The position numbers and the translations under genes were made by a program. Below are positions 23,339 through 39,200 of a stretch of DNA of 64,000 nt, one piece after another. Location of the stretch: NCBI GenBank assembly GCA_002269645.1, contig NIVC01000597.1:1-64000 (forward strand), given 5' to 3'. The first letter of the stretch is position 1. Every line of letters starts with the position of its first letter. The DNA comes from Macrostomum lignano. Its lineage: Eukaryota. The notes under the pieces were generated by a model that was given only the letters and a program-made list of their open reading frames with translations, searched no databases and was not told where the DNA came from.

Positions 23339-24627
23339 CACAAGCTCTAACCCTAACCCTAACCCTTTTCCTAGCCCCCCGGACTTGCGTGGAGGATGGT
23401 ACTTTTGCCTGCTGTTGAGCATTTTAGCTCGTATCATTCTCACAAGTTTTAGTTGTTTGCAATATGAAAACAATTATTGATTTTGTTCCAGCTGACTGAC
23501 TGACCGCCTGGTGTCTTTATCAGGTGTTGAATATGAAATGTTTTTTACACTAGGAAATATAATAAACTAATTACTCTAAATAATAATAACAAACTGTGTT
23601 TTGGTTCAATTATTTTCTACACTTTTCCTTTTCACCATTTTTGTTATGACTCACTGTGGACTGTTTAGGGCAATGTTCTGCCAGATGAGTCAGCTATAGT
23701 ATGAGTGCATATAGAGTAGTTTGAGTCAGGCAAGCCAGGGCTAGACTAAGAGATTAGGAAGAGAATTTTGAGGGAACTTTAGTAGGATATAAAACAAGCA
23801 AACGTTTTTTATTAATCCCATTTTTAGGATCAACTTGTAAAAGAGTTTCTAATGAGCTTGAACAATGCGTAGGTTACCCAGGACTCTCTGGACCTATTGT
23901 GTGCATAATGTTTGTCTATTGAACTGCGTCAGTCTCAATGAGCCTATTTTACTTATTTTTTATTGCTTAAAAGCGTAAGAGTTATAGCGTGTTTTACGGG
24001 TGCAGAACGGTTTCCGTACAATTGAAAACTGAAGTAATAACGTTAGAGCTATCATTTTTTTACAAAATGCACTTCGCTAACAGACCCTTGCTTTTTTCTT
24101 CTTTCTCTCTATCTCCGCCCTTTCTGCCTCTCGAAACACAGGCATGTGACAGGCTAGAGGAAGCAAGATAAAATAGTGGCCTACGAGTATTTTCATTCTT
24201 TTCATTTTACCTCGCTCACTTTTTCTCATTCTCTCTCGCTCAACATAAGCCAAACCAGTCTGAAGTTGTAGCTGGCAGCTAAATCAACTAGAAATAAAAT
24301 AGAAGCACTGGGCGCTGGGGACGACGTCTGTAATTAAATAAGACTGGTTTTCCGCGAAAAAAAAGATCTGGGTTACTTTCGAGTAAACTATGTATATTCC
24401 TTAGTGCGTAAGTGAGTTCGTACGAACTGCATGTCTAGGCTTCTAATAAGTCCATTATTTGTACACTGGGGTAAGTGCTTTTTAATGGCGTCTGCGTGTC
24501 TGAATGGCGCCGCTTGACTCAGTCTCTCTCTCTCTCTCTCTTAAAGGTTAAGCTCTTCTCCGGTGTACTTTTAGCTTAGCACTTTGCACTTTGTCTGGTC
24601 TCCTCCCTTTATTGCCCTTAAACTGTC

Positions 24628-24675
24628 CAGGGGTCGGCAAACTACGGCCAGCGAAGCCTCTATCCAGCCCGCTAT
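24628..24675 (+). mobile_element. hAT/Charlie-like terminal fragment
   Basis: CAGGGGTCGGCAAACTACGGCC resembles Charlie-type termini; CAGGGGTCGGCAAA also occurs at 56445. The partner end is unclear. Confidence 0.4.
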
Positions 24676-26148
24676 AGAGTAGTATAAGATTTATATTTCT
24701 GAGCTGAACTCTATAGATTAGGCATATATTCTTAGTGACTATATATGTACCATTTGGCGACGAAAGACAGGTTTAACTGCTACTAAATTCGACAAAAAAA
24801 GCAAATTTGCCAGCTGCTGCTGGGCTAAGATCTTCTGACTGGAAGACTGATGGTTTAAAGAAGGCAAAAGACGGAAGGAAATGCATGGGCTAAGCTGGCA
24901 ATTGTAGCCTCCCCCCACCAAGAATTGGGCCTCAAGAGCTCTGCATTACTGTCAGGCAGTTCCCTTCCTTGACACGCGTTCTCATTTGCGACCGCTGATT
25001 CATTTGCTAATTTTAGAACTTTATTATTTATATTATTATGCATGCTCCCAGACGGACGGAAAATGGGATCGGAGGGAAGGCGGGAGGGGAGTTTTTTTAG
25101 CCGCTTCTAGGAAAGCGCCGCCTGCCAACCTAAAGTGCAAACTGCCTTCCCTTCCCCTCCCATCCTCCTGTCTCGCCCTCCGCCTTCCCCCCCCCCCCCC
25201 CCTACTGTCCGGAAGCCTCCTTCGTGACTTGGTGCGCAATGTTTTGGACAAAATGTGTGTCTGCTATACTGCTGCTGCTGCTGCTGCTGGCCTGCTACTT
25301 CTTCCTTTGGTTACTGGGCGAGGTTGGTCACTCGCTTGTGGGGGGGGGGGGGCAGACGGGACTGCGTCCTCTCTGTCTGTATTTCAGCTGATTTACTGTG
25401 CATCGCATTGGAGGCCTACCCCCTCCTTATTCGCCCCTACCCTCCCGGTTGAGCCACCTCAGCCAGGGGAGACATGCGAACTGAAAATCTGGAATGCTGT
25501 AGTAGCTGAAACTCTGTTAACTAGTGAGACTGAATTGAATTCAATTTTGCATGATTTTGTCTTAATTCGACATCAATTTCAGTAGGTAGATGTATTTATT
25601 TAAAAAGACCGATTATTCATTGATTTTTATGCCATAATTTGACAGAAACCACCACCTCGACGCCTGGTGAATAAAATCAAATGGATATTGCTGAAAGCGT
25701 AATAATTTCTCAACTTAAGAAACGTTTCCTTATCTGTTGTGTGTGCTTAACTAGACAGAGATTTTATTTAACTTGTCTGTAAATAACCATTTACAACAGG
25801 GAAGAGAGTTGGACTAATTCCAGGCTTATAGTTGAAGATCTCCATGGCCCGGGCCAACAGCCACGCATGCAGCCCACTCCACACTGCCTGCTTGCATAGG
25901 TCGGTCTATTTTGAGGGCAAGGCGTGCACGCGCCTGAGGAACAGAGTTTAAAAGAGAGAGATAGAGAGAGAGCCGGAGCAGAGAATAGAACTTCTACAGA
26001 ACTACACGCGTCAACACGTAGTTAAGAGGCTAAAAAAGAGAGTCCCAAAAAACTGGAATATTCTCATGTGATTTTCTAACGCCTGTCAATCGGTTGCTAT
26101 GCTCGCCTTTCAGCAGCAGCAGCAACTGCTCAGCAGTCAGCAGCCGGT

Positions 26149-30003
<3,855 letters not shown>

Positions 30004-30399
30004 TTTAATGGCATCACCTCATCTCCTATCGGTGTTTAGCGACTCCGACAACTCATCCTCATAAATCTTGATGGGTGGCTGTTCTGCCACACTATATTTG
30101 CTACTGCCCTCTCCAGTTTCTTTTTCGCTTCATGTCCTGCTCTCCCGTTATTAAAATCAGTGCCCTTGTCTTTCCTAGCCCGTGGCTTACTAAAATGCCG
30201 CGTGCTAGCTCAACCTTTTTGGCTTGTGTGCTTTCCCTCCCCTCTTAAACATTTTTATGTACACTTGTCCCGCCACTGCGCAACCTTTAACTCAATCATA
30301 ATTGTTCACCCCCTTGCTTGCCTATTTGCTTTGACGTTTGTTTGCAACTGTTTTTTGCTGACTGAAACAAATAACAATTGTGATTACCTCTCCCTTAAC

Positions 30400-31397
30400 T
30401 CATATATAACCAGCCCGTCTTCCTTCTGTCTTCTGCATCATTTTCTCTTGTGCATGCGTCGTGTACATCTGAATTACAATAGATGTGTAGTTTCACTTCA
30501 TTGCGTCATTGAATGCTAATTATAAACAGGTGTAATACTCTTACATGCTTCATCCGAATACGCTTCTCAAGTGGAACGCTGCCCAAATGAAGTGCACGGG
30601 ATTTACCCTAATTGTAGTTACAAGCTTTAAATAATTGAATTTGAATTTCCCACTCATAATAATTTAAAAGTACATATAATTTGCGACGTGATTTCGAACA
30701 GCAGCCTTCGTCTAATACGCATTGCTTTTTTCGTTAGGGTTTAGTTAATTACATTAAAGGTATATAATTTAATTAGAACTGCAATTCAGTGATATTAAAG
30801 TTATATAAATATTTAATACATTAAAGTTATATAATGTAGTAAATTTTATTACCTCATACTGCTGCATCGGACCCGATGACGTGGACCTGAAGGAAAATAA
30901 ATTTACGTGCGAATTACATCCTAAGCACTATTCGTACAGTAAAACGGAGTGAGAGTAAGATACAGAGAGCCGTTGGTTTAAATTCAACTTGAAAGTTATA
31001 ATGTAAGATGCATCAAGCTTCAACCCCTATTTTTGAAAAAAAACAAAGAAATTTTTATTACCGTAATTTTGAAATTACAAAATAATAAGGCCTTGGATAC
31101 CAGCTTGACAAAACGACTCTAGGTTCTACATCTGCAATTTGCATTGAAGTTATAAACTGATATCATCAAAGTAACTATAGATAGCATTTTTTATGTTTTT
31201 ATACTTTTTAAAGTTTTATTTTACTAAACTGCCTCAGAACTCACCGAAATATTTTGCTTTACATGATAAAACTTGTTAAGGTATTTTATCTTATTGCGCG
31301 CGTATTCAAAGTAGGACTCCTCGCGCGCGGTCCAGGCGGAGCTGAATCCCCAAAACACCCCAGCTTCGAAGACCAAGTCTGTTTTAAATCGAAGCAT
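30400..31397 (-). CDS. Small 5-exon gene (~124 aa), tentatively FAM183/CFAP144-like ciliary microtubule inner protein
   Basis: Exons 31397-31245, 31156-31101, 30886-30853, 30607-30545, 30468-30400. Donors GTGAGT, GTATCC, GTAATA, GTAAGA; AG acceptors; phases 0/2/0/0 all compatible. Product MLRFKTDLVFEAGVFWGFSSAWTAREESYFEYARNKIKYLNKFYHVKQNISFITSMQIADVEPRVVLSSWSTSSGPMQQYEGKSRALHLGSVPLEKRIRMKHMYTTHAQEKMMQKTEGRRAGYI*. Family call rests on recalled similarity only. Confidence 0.55.
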
Positions 31398-31620
31398 GTG
31401 TATTCATTGACAGGCGTTTTCGGTCTAGTAATTAACAATTTTTTAATTTCTTTTTGAAATAAATTAAACATTGCGTCCAAGATCCGTTTCGTCGGCAGCC
31501 GTTTGTAGGTCTACAAGTATAGTATTCCTACGAAACGAATCTACCTTTGATCATCGCCCTACTGCCAACTGCCAATCACAAATAACAAAATAAAGAGTAC
31601 TGTAAAAGAAAATACTTCAA

Positions 31621-34600
31621 ATGGATATGTCGAAATTGGAGTTAACTTGCAGAGCTAACTATCTTATCTATGACTACTTTAAAAACCAGCTACAAAACAT
31701 TGAACTGGCTGAACAGTTTCGGAAGGTTGTTCAGCAGAATCCCAACAGCAAGGACATTGTAAGAGCATTTCAAAATTTCAGAAAAAAAGATTGGCTTTGT
31801 CTTCCTAAAGTAGTCCTTACTAAAGAATTATTAAAGCTTTATATTTAGCCTAATTTAGGGCCTAATATTTTTGTATATTTTTATATTTATATTTTAAAGT
31901 GTATTGTAAATTGTAAACTACCTAATCAATTAATGAACTAGACCTATCTAATGAAATCATATAGATGTACCTGTATAAGAGCTTATTATATAGATATAGA
32001 TATTTATTGGAAAAGCTCTTTATTGCTATGTTTCCATATAGATATAAATCTCTATATTTAAGAATTAGCTCGGTGCCTCGGTACCAGCTAAACTGCAGAA
32101 ATGGATGCAGATATGGAATGGATTCGCATACTAAAATGCAGATATGGATGTGGATTACTATTTTGTGTAATCAATGCAGATAGGGTTATAAATAGTAGAT
32201 GCAGAAAATCTCTAGATTTAGTTCTATCAAAACATTGATTTATATTCTGCTTTATATCTAGTTGTAGTTCTATTTAATTTTAGGAAAAAATTTTCTTATT
32301 CAAGTTTATTGTGAATAATGATGGAAAATTGTTGTCTCCATTTTCAGAAAACAAATCACAATGAGGAATTAAATCATCAAGAAATTTAGGCCTATATATA
32401 TTTTACAAAATTGGCACAGGTACATAAAAACAAGAAACTAGTCAATCAACAATCTAGACTTGAAATATCTAGTTGAACTATTTAGAATCCAAACTTAAAC
32501 TTTACACACTTGTGGTCTCTGGAAGTACACATTTTATGTATGTACATTTTTGTATTATATCTAGCATCAAACTTTAGACCTAATCAAATTTCTTATTTTC
32601 TATTATCAGTAGCATATCTTAGAGCAACTTTACTTTTTAAAATGGAGAAAATGATTTTCTCCATTATTTCACAATAAATTAAAATGAGAACAATTTATGT
32701 GAAAATAAGGCCTAAACAAAAATAGAAATAAAGCAGAATATATTATAAATCCATGTTATAACAGAACTAAATCTGGAGATTTTCTGCATTTGCTATTTAT
32801 ATTTGTATTGATTCTACAAAATAGTAATCCTCATCTGTATCTGCATTTTAGTATACAAATCCATTCTATATCCACATCCATTTCTGCAATTTTGTTTGAA
32901 CTTATTAGCTCTTAAAAAATATGTTATTCTATATAATACAAAATAGGCCTTGTAGGTGACAATTAGTTGTTTCAATTACTAGTTGCTTTTGTTATAGACA
33001 CACATCATTTTTGACAAAAAAATTTATGAGTATAATCATTTGAGTAATAGAAGGTACTACAGAATAGGCCTATCAGCATATAGCTTTTTTGTGTTTCATT
33101 CAAATTTGAACATTTTCATCAAATACCATATATAAAAAAAGAAATCAAACTAATTATATGGTTTTTTTGCAGATTGTTTTGAATTTTCCTAAAATATTTA
33201 GAAACATAAACCATAAACTTATAGAGAATCCTCATAAAATGCTGACCACAAGAAAAGCAAAGATGTTCACTAGACATATTGACATTGGATTTGGATTGGA
33301 AAACATATAAATTAAAAAAATCATAACTCTGTAAGTATAAATAAACAAAATTAAATAAAGCAATACTTAACTATTGTAGAAAATTATAGAAAAGTTAAGG
33401 TTTAATATCCCTTAAGATTTTCAAGGTAATTTTCTATTAAAAATAAAATGGCTAGGCCATTATTCACAAAAACGTATTTTTCTTATCACCAAAATGTCTT
33501 GCTTGTCACCAAAATGGCTATCACTAAAATGTCTTATCACCAAAATGACTGTAATTATATATATTAGCCATGAGGGGCCATAGCCCAGCAGTCTAGCACA
33601 TTCTCTAGTGTGCTAGCAACCCAGGCTCAATTCCAAGTGTAGTCACATTAATTTGGGGCTGAATTGGAATCTCGGCTTGGCTCTGCTCATGCAATTAATA
33701 GCCTTGAGAGCCAATCCCCCAAGGCGCAGTGAAGTGTACATGCCTAACAATAAAATAAGTTAGGGCCACTGTACATTCCTATGTGAGTGTGTGCCTGTGT
33801 AGGTATCCGTGCAGCTTGTATGCCTGCTCAGGGGAGTCGGCAGAATTGGCAGTAATGCCTCTCGTTGGTTGTGTGCCTGTGTTGCTTAAAATGCACCAGG
33901 GTACACACAACCCCCTGCCTCTAATAAAAAATATATATTAGCCACACTTAGAAAGGTTATCACATCTATATGGAAATATATTTTAGCATATTTTTGGAGT
34001 GTGTGCGGTGTGCAAAGCTAAAATATAAGTTTGTATACCAAGGCCTACATTTATTTATTTATATATTTAGCTAAAGCACTAATGCACAATAGAACTAAAA
34101 AATTGAGTAAAATGTGAATTAAATCAATAAGTTAAAATAACAATATAAGAGATCAATTTTATATCTTTCATACTGATTACTAGTAAGCACTTTTTAATTT
34201 AAAACTCTGTTTTTTAGCTCACATTGAAAATTGTCAAAAATCAGCTAAAACTTTCTGGTAAAGTGCCATTTTGAATTGAATTATTTGTTTAACTTACCAA
34301 AAAGCAATTATTTAATTGATTCATTTGGAAAAAAATCTAAAAGAATATTTTTTTGCTTTGCATTATCTGTAGATTATACATTTTGGATGACCCATTGTAA
34401 GCTAAGTTTTTCTGATCGGCATTTGCTTAGTATCACTATGAATTAAAAATTTCTGTTTGACTTTTGTTGTACAATTTTTTTAGTTCATGTGCTAGAATTT
34501 TCTGCCTCTGTACACCTTCCTGGGTGTGGCATATTAAAAGATATTAGTGTAGACTATTTATCTGCCAGCTTTAAAAATATATCTTATATCTTATAATTCT

Positions 34601-37200
34601 TCTATATAAAAATAAGTTATCAAATTGCACAAATGTAATGTCAGTTCTAGTATTAGTAATTGGAATTAGTTAGATTAGATATATAAGAATTAAGTTCAAT
34701 TCAATTCAGATACTAGATAGACATAGTATTTTAAGCCCAAGATAGATTGAATCTTGTCAGTAAATTAATGTACAGCACTAATATGATTACTAATTAGATT
34801 ACGAGGCATTTTTGTCACTGAAAGGTGTTACTCCCGCCGTTTACCTTCACTTTTTTTGAAAGACAATCTGTGTATGTACTATGCTCAGATGTATGCTCTA
34901 AGCCACAAAAAATCTATTTAAGATACACCAAAAATTTAATGTTAAAAATGAAGGTTACATTAACAAGTAATTGTGTAATAAAAAAATTATTTATTTACCA
35001 ATGCGCTGTGCTAGGGACCTTAATTTATACCATAATTATACAAAGAATCTATTAAAGACTTTGTATACAATTTTTTGAATCTTTAGACCTATATTTACTG
35101 ATACATTTTATGCAGAAACTAAAAAATGTTGGCTGCATAAAAAAAGAACAATGTAGTTTAATGCATTTTTATAGCAAAATTCATGAAGTTTTTAATTACA
35201 TACTTTTCCTATTTTTTTAGATCATCTTCAAAGGACTGGAAGATTTGCTAACTGTGCTGAAAATGTATTACAGGTAATCATTAATTATGATTTTGAATGG
35301 AATTTACGATTCGTATTTGATAATTGGTATAGCTACCATTTTTTATATTAATTTTATAGTGGTTCACCTGCTGCTGTCTCAACTGATGCCAATGGCCAGT
35401 CTGAAGATCAAGAAGCTGATGCAATGCCAGCCGACTGCAACGGCACTGGCAGCGGCGAGTCAGCCCAGAAGAAAAAGAAAAAGAAGAAGCAGAGAAAGTC
35501 GGAGCCGGCTGCCGAGTCAGAAGCTGTCAAAGCAGAGGAGGCGCCGGTGACAGAGAAGCAGGAAGAGACTGTTGCAGAGCCGGCCGCTGCCGTTCCTGCT
35601 GACGCCGAAGAGAAGAAATCCAAAAAGAAGAAAAAGAAACGCCAGTTGGAAGCTGCAGAGCAGCCTGATGAGACGGCCAACGGTCAGGCTGAGACTGATG
35701 AAGCCCAGCTGAAGGAAGCTGAGCCGGAGGCCGCTGCCGAATCCGAGGAAGCGCCCAAGTCTAAGAAGCGAAAGAAGCAACGCCGAGAAGTCGAGGAAGA
35801 TGTCAGCAAGACCGCTGATGAAGAATGCAGTGTGAGTGCCGACTCGTAGCTTGGTGTCGGGCTAATCTTGGTCAGATTTTTTTTGCCTAGGATTCCTAGG
35901 AAAGCAAAGTCGGCCTTAGTAAAAGGATTTTCTGGCTTTCAATATTTTAATTTCGATATTGTTGACAAAATGGGATGTCAAAATCCGTTTCAGAAGCTGG
36001 AGGCCGATGGGCAGGAAGTTCAGGAGAAGCAGACTGAAGCTTCCGCCGAACTCAATGGATCGAAAAGTGGAAAGGTGCGACACTAAATAGCTACTAGTAG
36101 TAGTTAGACAGGTTATTTTATTCTTTAATCCAGTCTTATTATCTTCCCATATTTGCATTTATTCCTATCTTTATTATCGATCAATAATCACATCCAATCC
36201 TGTCTTTATTATCGATCAATAATCACATCCAATCCTGTCTTTATTATCGATCAAAAGTCGCATCTAATCCTGTCTTTATTATCGATCAAAAGTCGCATCT
36301 AATCCTGTCTTTATTATCGATCAATAGTCGCATCTAATCCGGTCTTTATTATCGATCAAAAGTCGCATCTAATCCTGTCTTTATTATCGATCAATAGTCG
36401 CATCTAATCCGGTCTTTATTATCGATCGATAATCGCATCTAATCCTGTCTTTATTATCGATCAATAGTCGCATCTAATCCTGTCTTTATTATCGATCAAT
36501 AGTCGCATCTAATCCGGTCTTTATTATCGATCGATAATCGCATCTAATCCTGTCTTTATTATCGATCAATAGTCGCATCTAATCCGGCCTTTATTATCGA
36601 TCGATAATCGCATCTAATCCTGTCTTTATTATCGATCAATAGTCGCATCTAATCCAGTCTTTATTATCGATCAATAATCGTCTCTAATCCGGTCTTTATT
36701 ATCAATCAATAATCGCATCTAATCCAGTCTTTATTATCGATCAATAATCGTCTCCTTAGAATCACTGAATAGCTCAGTTGAAGAATTTTCTATTACAGTT
36801 TACAATCGGCTCTAATCTGACCAGTGATTTATTAAACCGCTATTCCAGAACAAGAAGCGGCATAACGAACCATATCGTCGCGTTCGCGAAGACGAAGTGA
36901 TAAATAAGCATTTTCGAGATAACAGCTTCGATGCTAAGGTAAGAGAAATGTACTTTAATTCACTAATTGTAGTTTTCTAATATGCTAATACTCATTTCTG
37001 ACAAAATGGATTGTGTGTACTATATATTCGGCCAGCCCGGCGCCGCCTCCAGCTGGGGCTACAAGGCCAACGAGGATCTTAAGCCGACGCAGGGTCGCTC
37101 GTTTCGTCACGAGAAGACAAAGAAAAAACGCGGCAGCTACAAAGGCGGCGCTATTGACACGGGCGTGTGCTCGATCAGATTCGAGTCCGACTCGGAGTGA
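31621..37200 (+). CDS. NOLC1: Nucleolar phosphoprotein Nopp140/Srp40-like (LisH-like N-terminus, SRP40 C-terminal domain), 6 exons
   Basis: Exons 31621-31758, 35221-35273, 35360-35831, 35994-36074, 36849-36938, 37036-37200 with compatible phases. N-terminal NYLIYDYFKNQLQNIELAEQF is LisH-like; C-terminal PYRRVREDEV...DNSFDAK/PGAASSWGYKANEDLKPTQGRSFRHEKTKKKRGSYKGG is the SRP40_C motif. Confidence 0.88.
32085..32895. mobile_element. Fold-back element/MITE with ~260-bp imperfect inverted arms in NOLC1 intron 1
   Basis: 32085-32345 (GCAGAAATGGATG...ATACTAAAATGCAGATA...GCAGAAAATCTCTAGATTTAGTTCT...) matches the reverse complement of 32635-32895. Confidence 0.75.
33571..33930 (+). mobile_element. 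tRNA-derived SINE, family 2, full-length copy in NOLC1 intron 1
   Basis: Degenerate A/B boxes (TAGCCCAGCAG; GGCTCAATTCC), central TAGGGCCACTGTACA, A-rich tail; 14-bp TSD ATATATATTAGCCA at 33557-33570 and 33931-33944. Confidence 0.88.
36165..36755. repeat. 35-bp minisatellite TTATTATCGATCAATAGTCGCATCTAATCCTGTCT (NOLC1 intron 4)
   Basis: Tandem array. Confidence 0.95.
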
Positions 37201-37771
37201 AGTTAGGCGACTTGAACTCAAGCGATTCAGCCTTAGACACATCTCAGGCTGCTGCATTTCGTTATTATCCCAACTTCTACTAAATTGCGATCTGTGGTGT
37301 GTCTAATGTAAGCCTGGTTGCTGTTTTTGATTGCGTTTATAATGATAAATACATTGGCGGATCATTACCGAGTATGGCGAAAGTATAATCTTTATTTGCG
37401 CGTTTTGACAGGAAAAAAATATGCTTAGAGTTGTTTTTTGTTTTTTAAGACCTTCTGGGATATTAAGGGTATGATGAAAAAAACTTTTTTTCGGTGTCCA
37501 TAGTCACCCGGTGCTACCCGTTGAAGGTGCCGACGGCGTCGGGGTGATGATGGAATGCTTGAGAGACTAGCTGTGGATGTTGAGCAGTTGGGTGCCTCGG
37601 CGCTCTGGTGATGAACCCCGATGACATTATCGAGGAACCAGGTCTAGCGCGCCGAGCACCTTCTCAGGAATGTCTGAGCTGTCACAGGCGCTTGCGCTGA
37701 CCTCTCAGGCTGCTGCTGTCTGCTCCTCCCTCCTGTTCTTCGAGCGCATTCGCGTTCGTTTATGGGTCGGA

Positions 37772-38137
37772 TAGTTACAGTTACAGGGAAGGGCCTGTGT
37801 GCACCCTGGCGCACTTTAAGCGACATTGTCACACAACCGGCGAGAGGCATTACTGCCCATTCTGCCGACTCCCATGAGCAGGCACACAAGTGCGCGGATA
37901 CGTACGCAGTCATAAGCACAGGCATATACTCGCACAGGAGTGTACAGCGGCCCTAACTTTATCGTTAGACATGTAAACTTCCTGTGCCTGTGGGGGGTTG
38001 GTCCTGATCATGGGCGTTAATTGCATGAGCAGAGCAGAGATTCCAATTTAGCTCTAAATTAATGTGACTGCACTTGGAATCGAGCCTGGGCCGCTGGTAC
38101 ATCAGAGCGCCGCGTCAGACCACTGGGCTACGGCCCG
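37772..38137 (-). mobile_element. SINE family 2 copy
   Basis: Reverse complement aligns with 33571-33930: TAGCCCAGTGG A box, GGCTCGATTCC B box, AGGGCCGCTGTACAC core, (GTAACT)n tail. Confidence 0.88.
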
Positions 38138-38925
38138 CTTTTGTCGGTGGCATTCAATATACTCGTATTTAATGTTTACGTAAACATTTACTACCAAATT
38201 CTCTGACACAAACCAGAAACTCGATCTCTGCCGACCGCCTATTGACAAACATGAAAAAATCAATAAGTTGCTGCAGCAGAGCAAAACGTAAAATTTTATG
38301 TGCAAGTGCTATTCTAACTGTAATAGAGAATAATCCAGTGTATTATTAAAAGAGGAATATTTTTTACCATTTATAGTTGATAGAGGAAAGTGGGTAGAGT
38401 CGAAGCAGCTTTCAAAAATAAAATTATCCAAAATGTGAAAAAACAAGCAAAATTGTAAATGTAAAGAAAACAATTATTAAACAGAAATTATTAAAACACA
38501 ATTGCAGTAGCTAGTTAAAAATCTAATTTGAAAAAAGAATTCATTTGATTTGATAAGTGGCTCCAGATTCAGCTGTTTCTACAGATGAAGACAAACTAAT
38601 TTAGTAAACTAAAAATTGTTTACGAGCGAAACACATAAAGGTAAGTATGTGGTATGTGAAAGCTTGTGACATGTTGATATCAGCATGTACGCCAGGATTC
38701 ATACCAGAACAATATAAAGAACATTTAAGTTTCATTAACGAACAGAGCATCAACTCAAATCCTGACATATGTCTTGAGAACTCGCGAAAATGGTCTGATA
38801 TAAAAATTATTTCTGCTATTCAGTGTCCGCAGTAGTCAGCCAAAACAGTTGGTGGAAACTCGGCCTATAGACTCACCACCAAGTTGTCAAGAGTCATCCA
38901 AAACTTCAGTATTAAAATAACCGGC

Positions 38926-39200
38926 TCAGGCGCAGCTGCCAGGGCGGATCAGGCCGAACAGCAGCAGGCCGCTGTCGCTCAGCGAGTTGCCGCCCGACTC
39001 GCCGCTGCAGCCGACGCCGGAGCAGAAGGAGCCGCCGCCGCCGCCGGCCTGCGGATACCAGCTACCGGCTCCGCCGCTTTGATGGCTGCCGCCTCCACCG
39101 AAGCCACCGATGGCGCCCTCGTTGCCGTGTCCGGCGACGCCGCCGATCCAGCTCTCGTTGATGCCACCTCCACGATCGCCGTAGTTTACCGTTCCCAATG
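38926..39200 (-). pseudogene. Inverted partial paralog of the last exon of the glycine-rich gene at 40318-41772
   Basis: Encodes GDRGGGINESWIGGVA...AGGGGGSFCSGVGCSGESGGNSLSDSGLLLFGLIRPGSCA*. The last ~130 nt are nearly identical to ~41650-41778. No matching upstream exons found. Confidence 0.7.

Noticed and set aside
24986-25585. 199-aa ORF upstream of the TSC22D-like gene
   Set aside because: Non-ATG start, homopolymer C/G runs, no domain; more likely intron or UTR sequence.
25975-26005. AGAACTTCTACAGAAC as a heat-shock element
   Set aside because: Spacing does not fit contiguous inverted nGAAn pentamers.
37600-37680. GTGATGA...CTGA with an internal hairpin as a C/D snoRNA or hammerhead ribozyme
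   Set aside because: No convincing terminal stem or recognisable guide; lacks the CUGANGA/GAAA hammerhead core; not inside the NOLC1 introns.
37480-37770. Possible LINE (RTE-like) 3' end next to the SINE
   Set aside because: No RT or endonuclease motif recognisable; cannot be supported without a search.
38596-38835. Splice-like signals (ctacag|...aag|gtaagt...ccgcag|) suggesting a + strand exon
   Set aside because: Stops in all frames and no partner exons; may be non-coding, unsupported.
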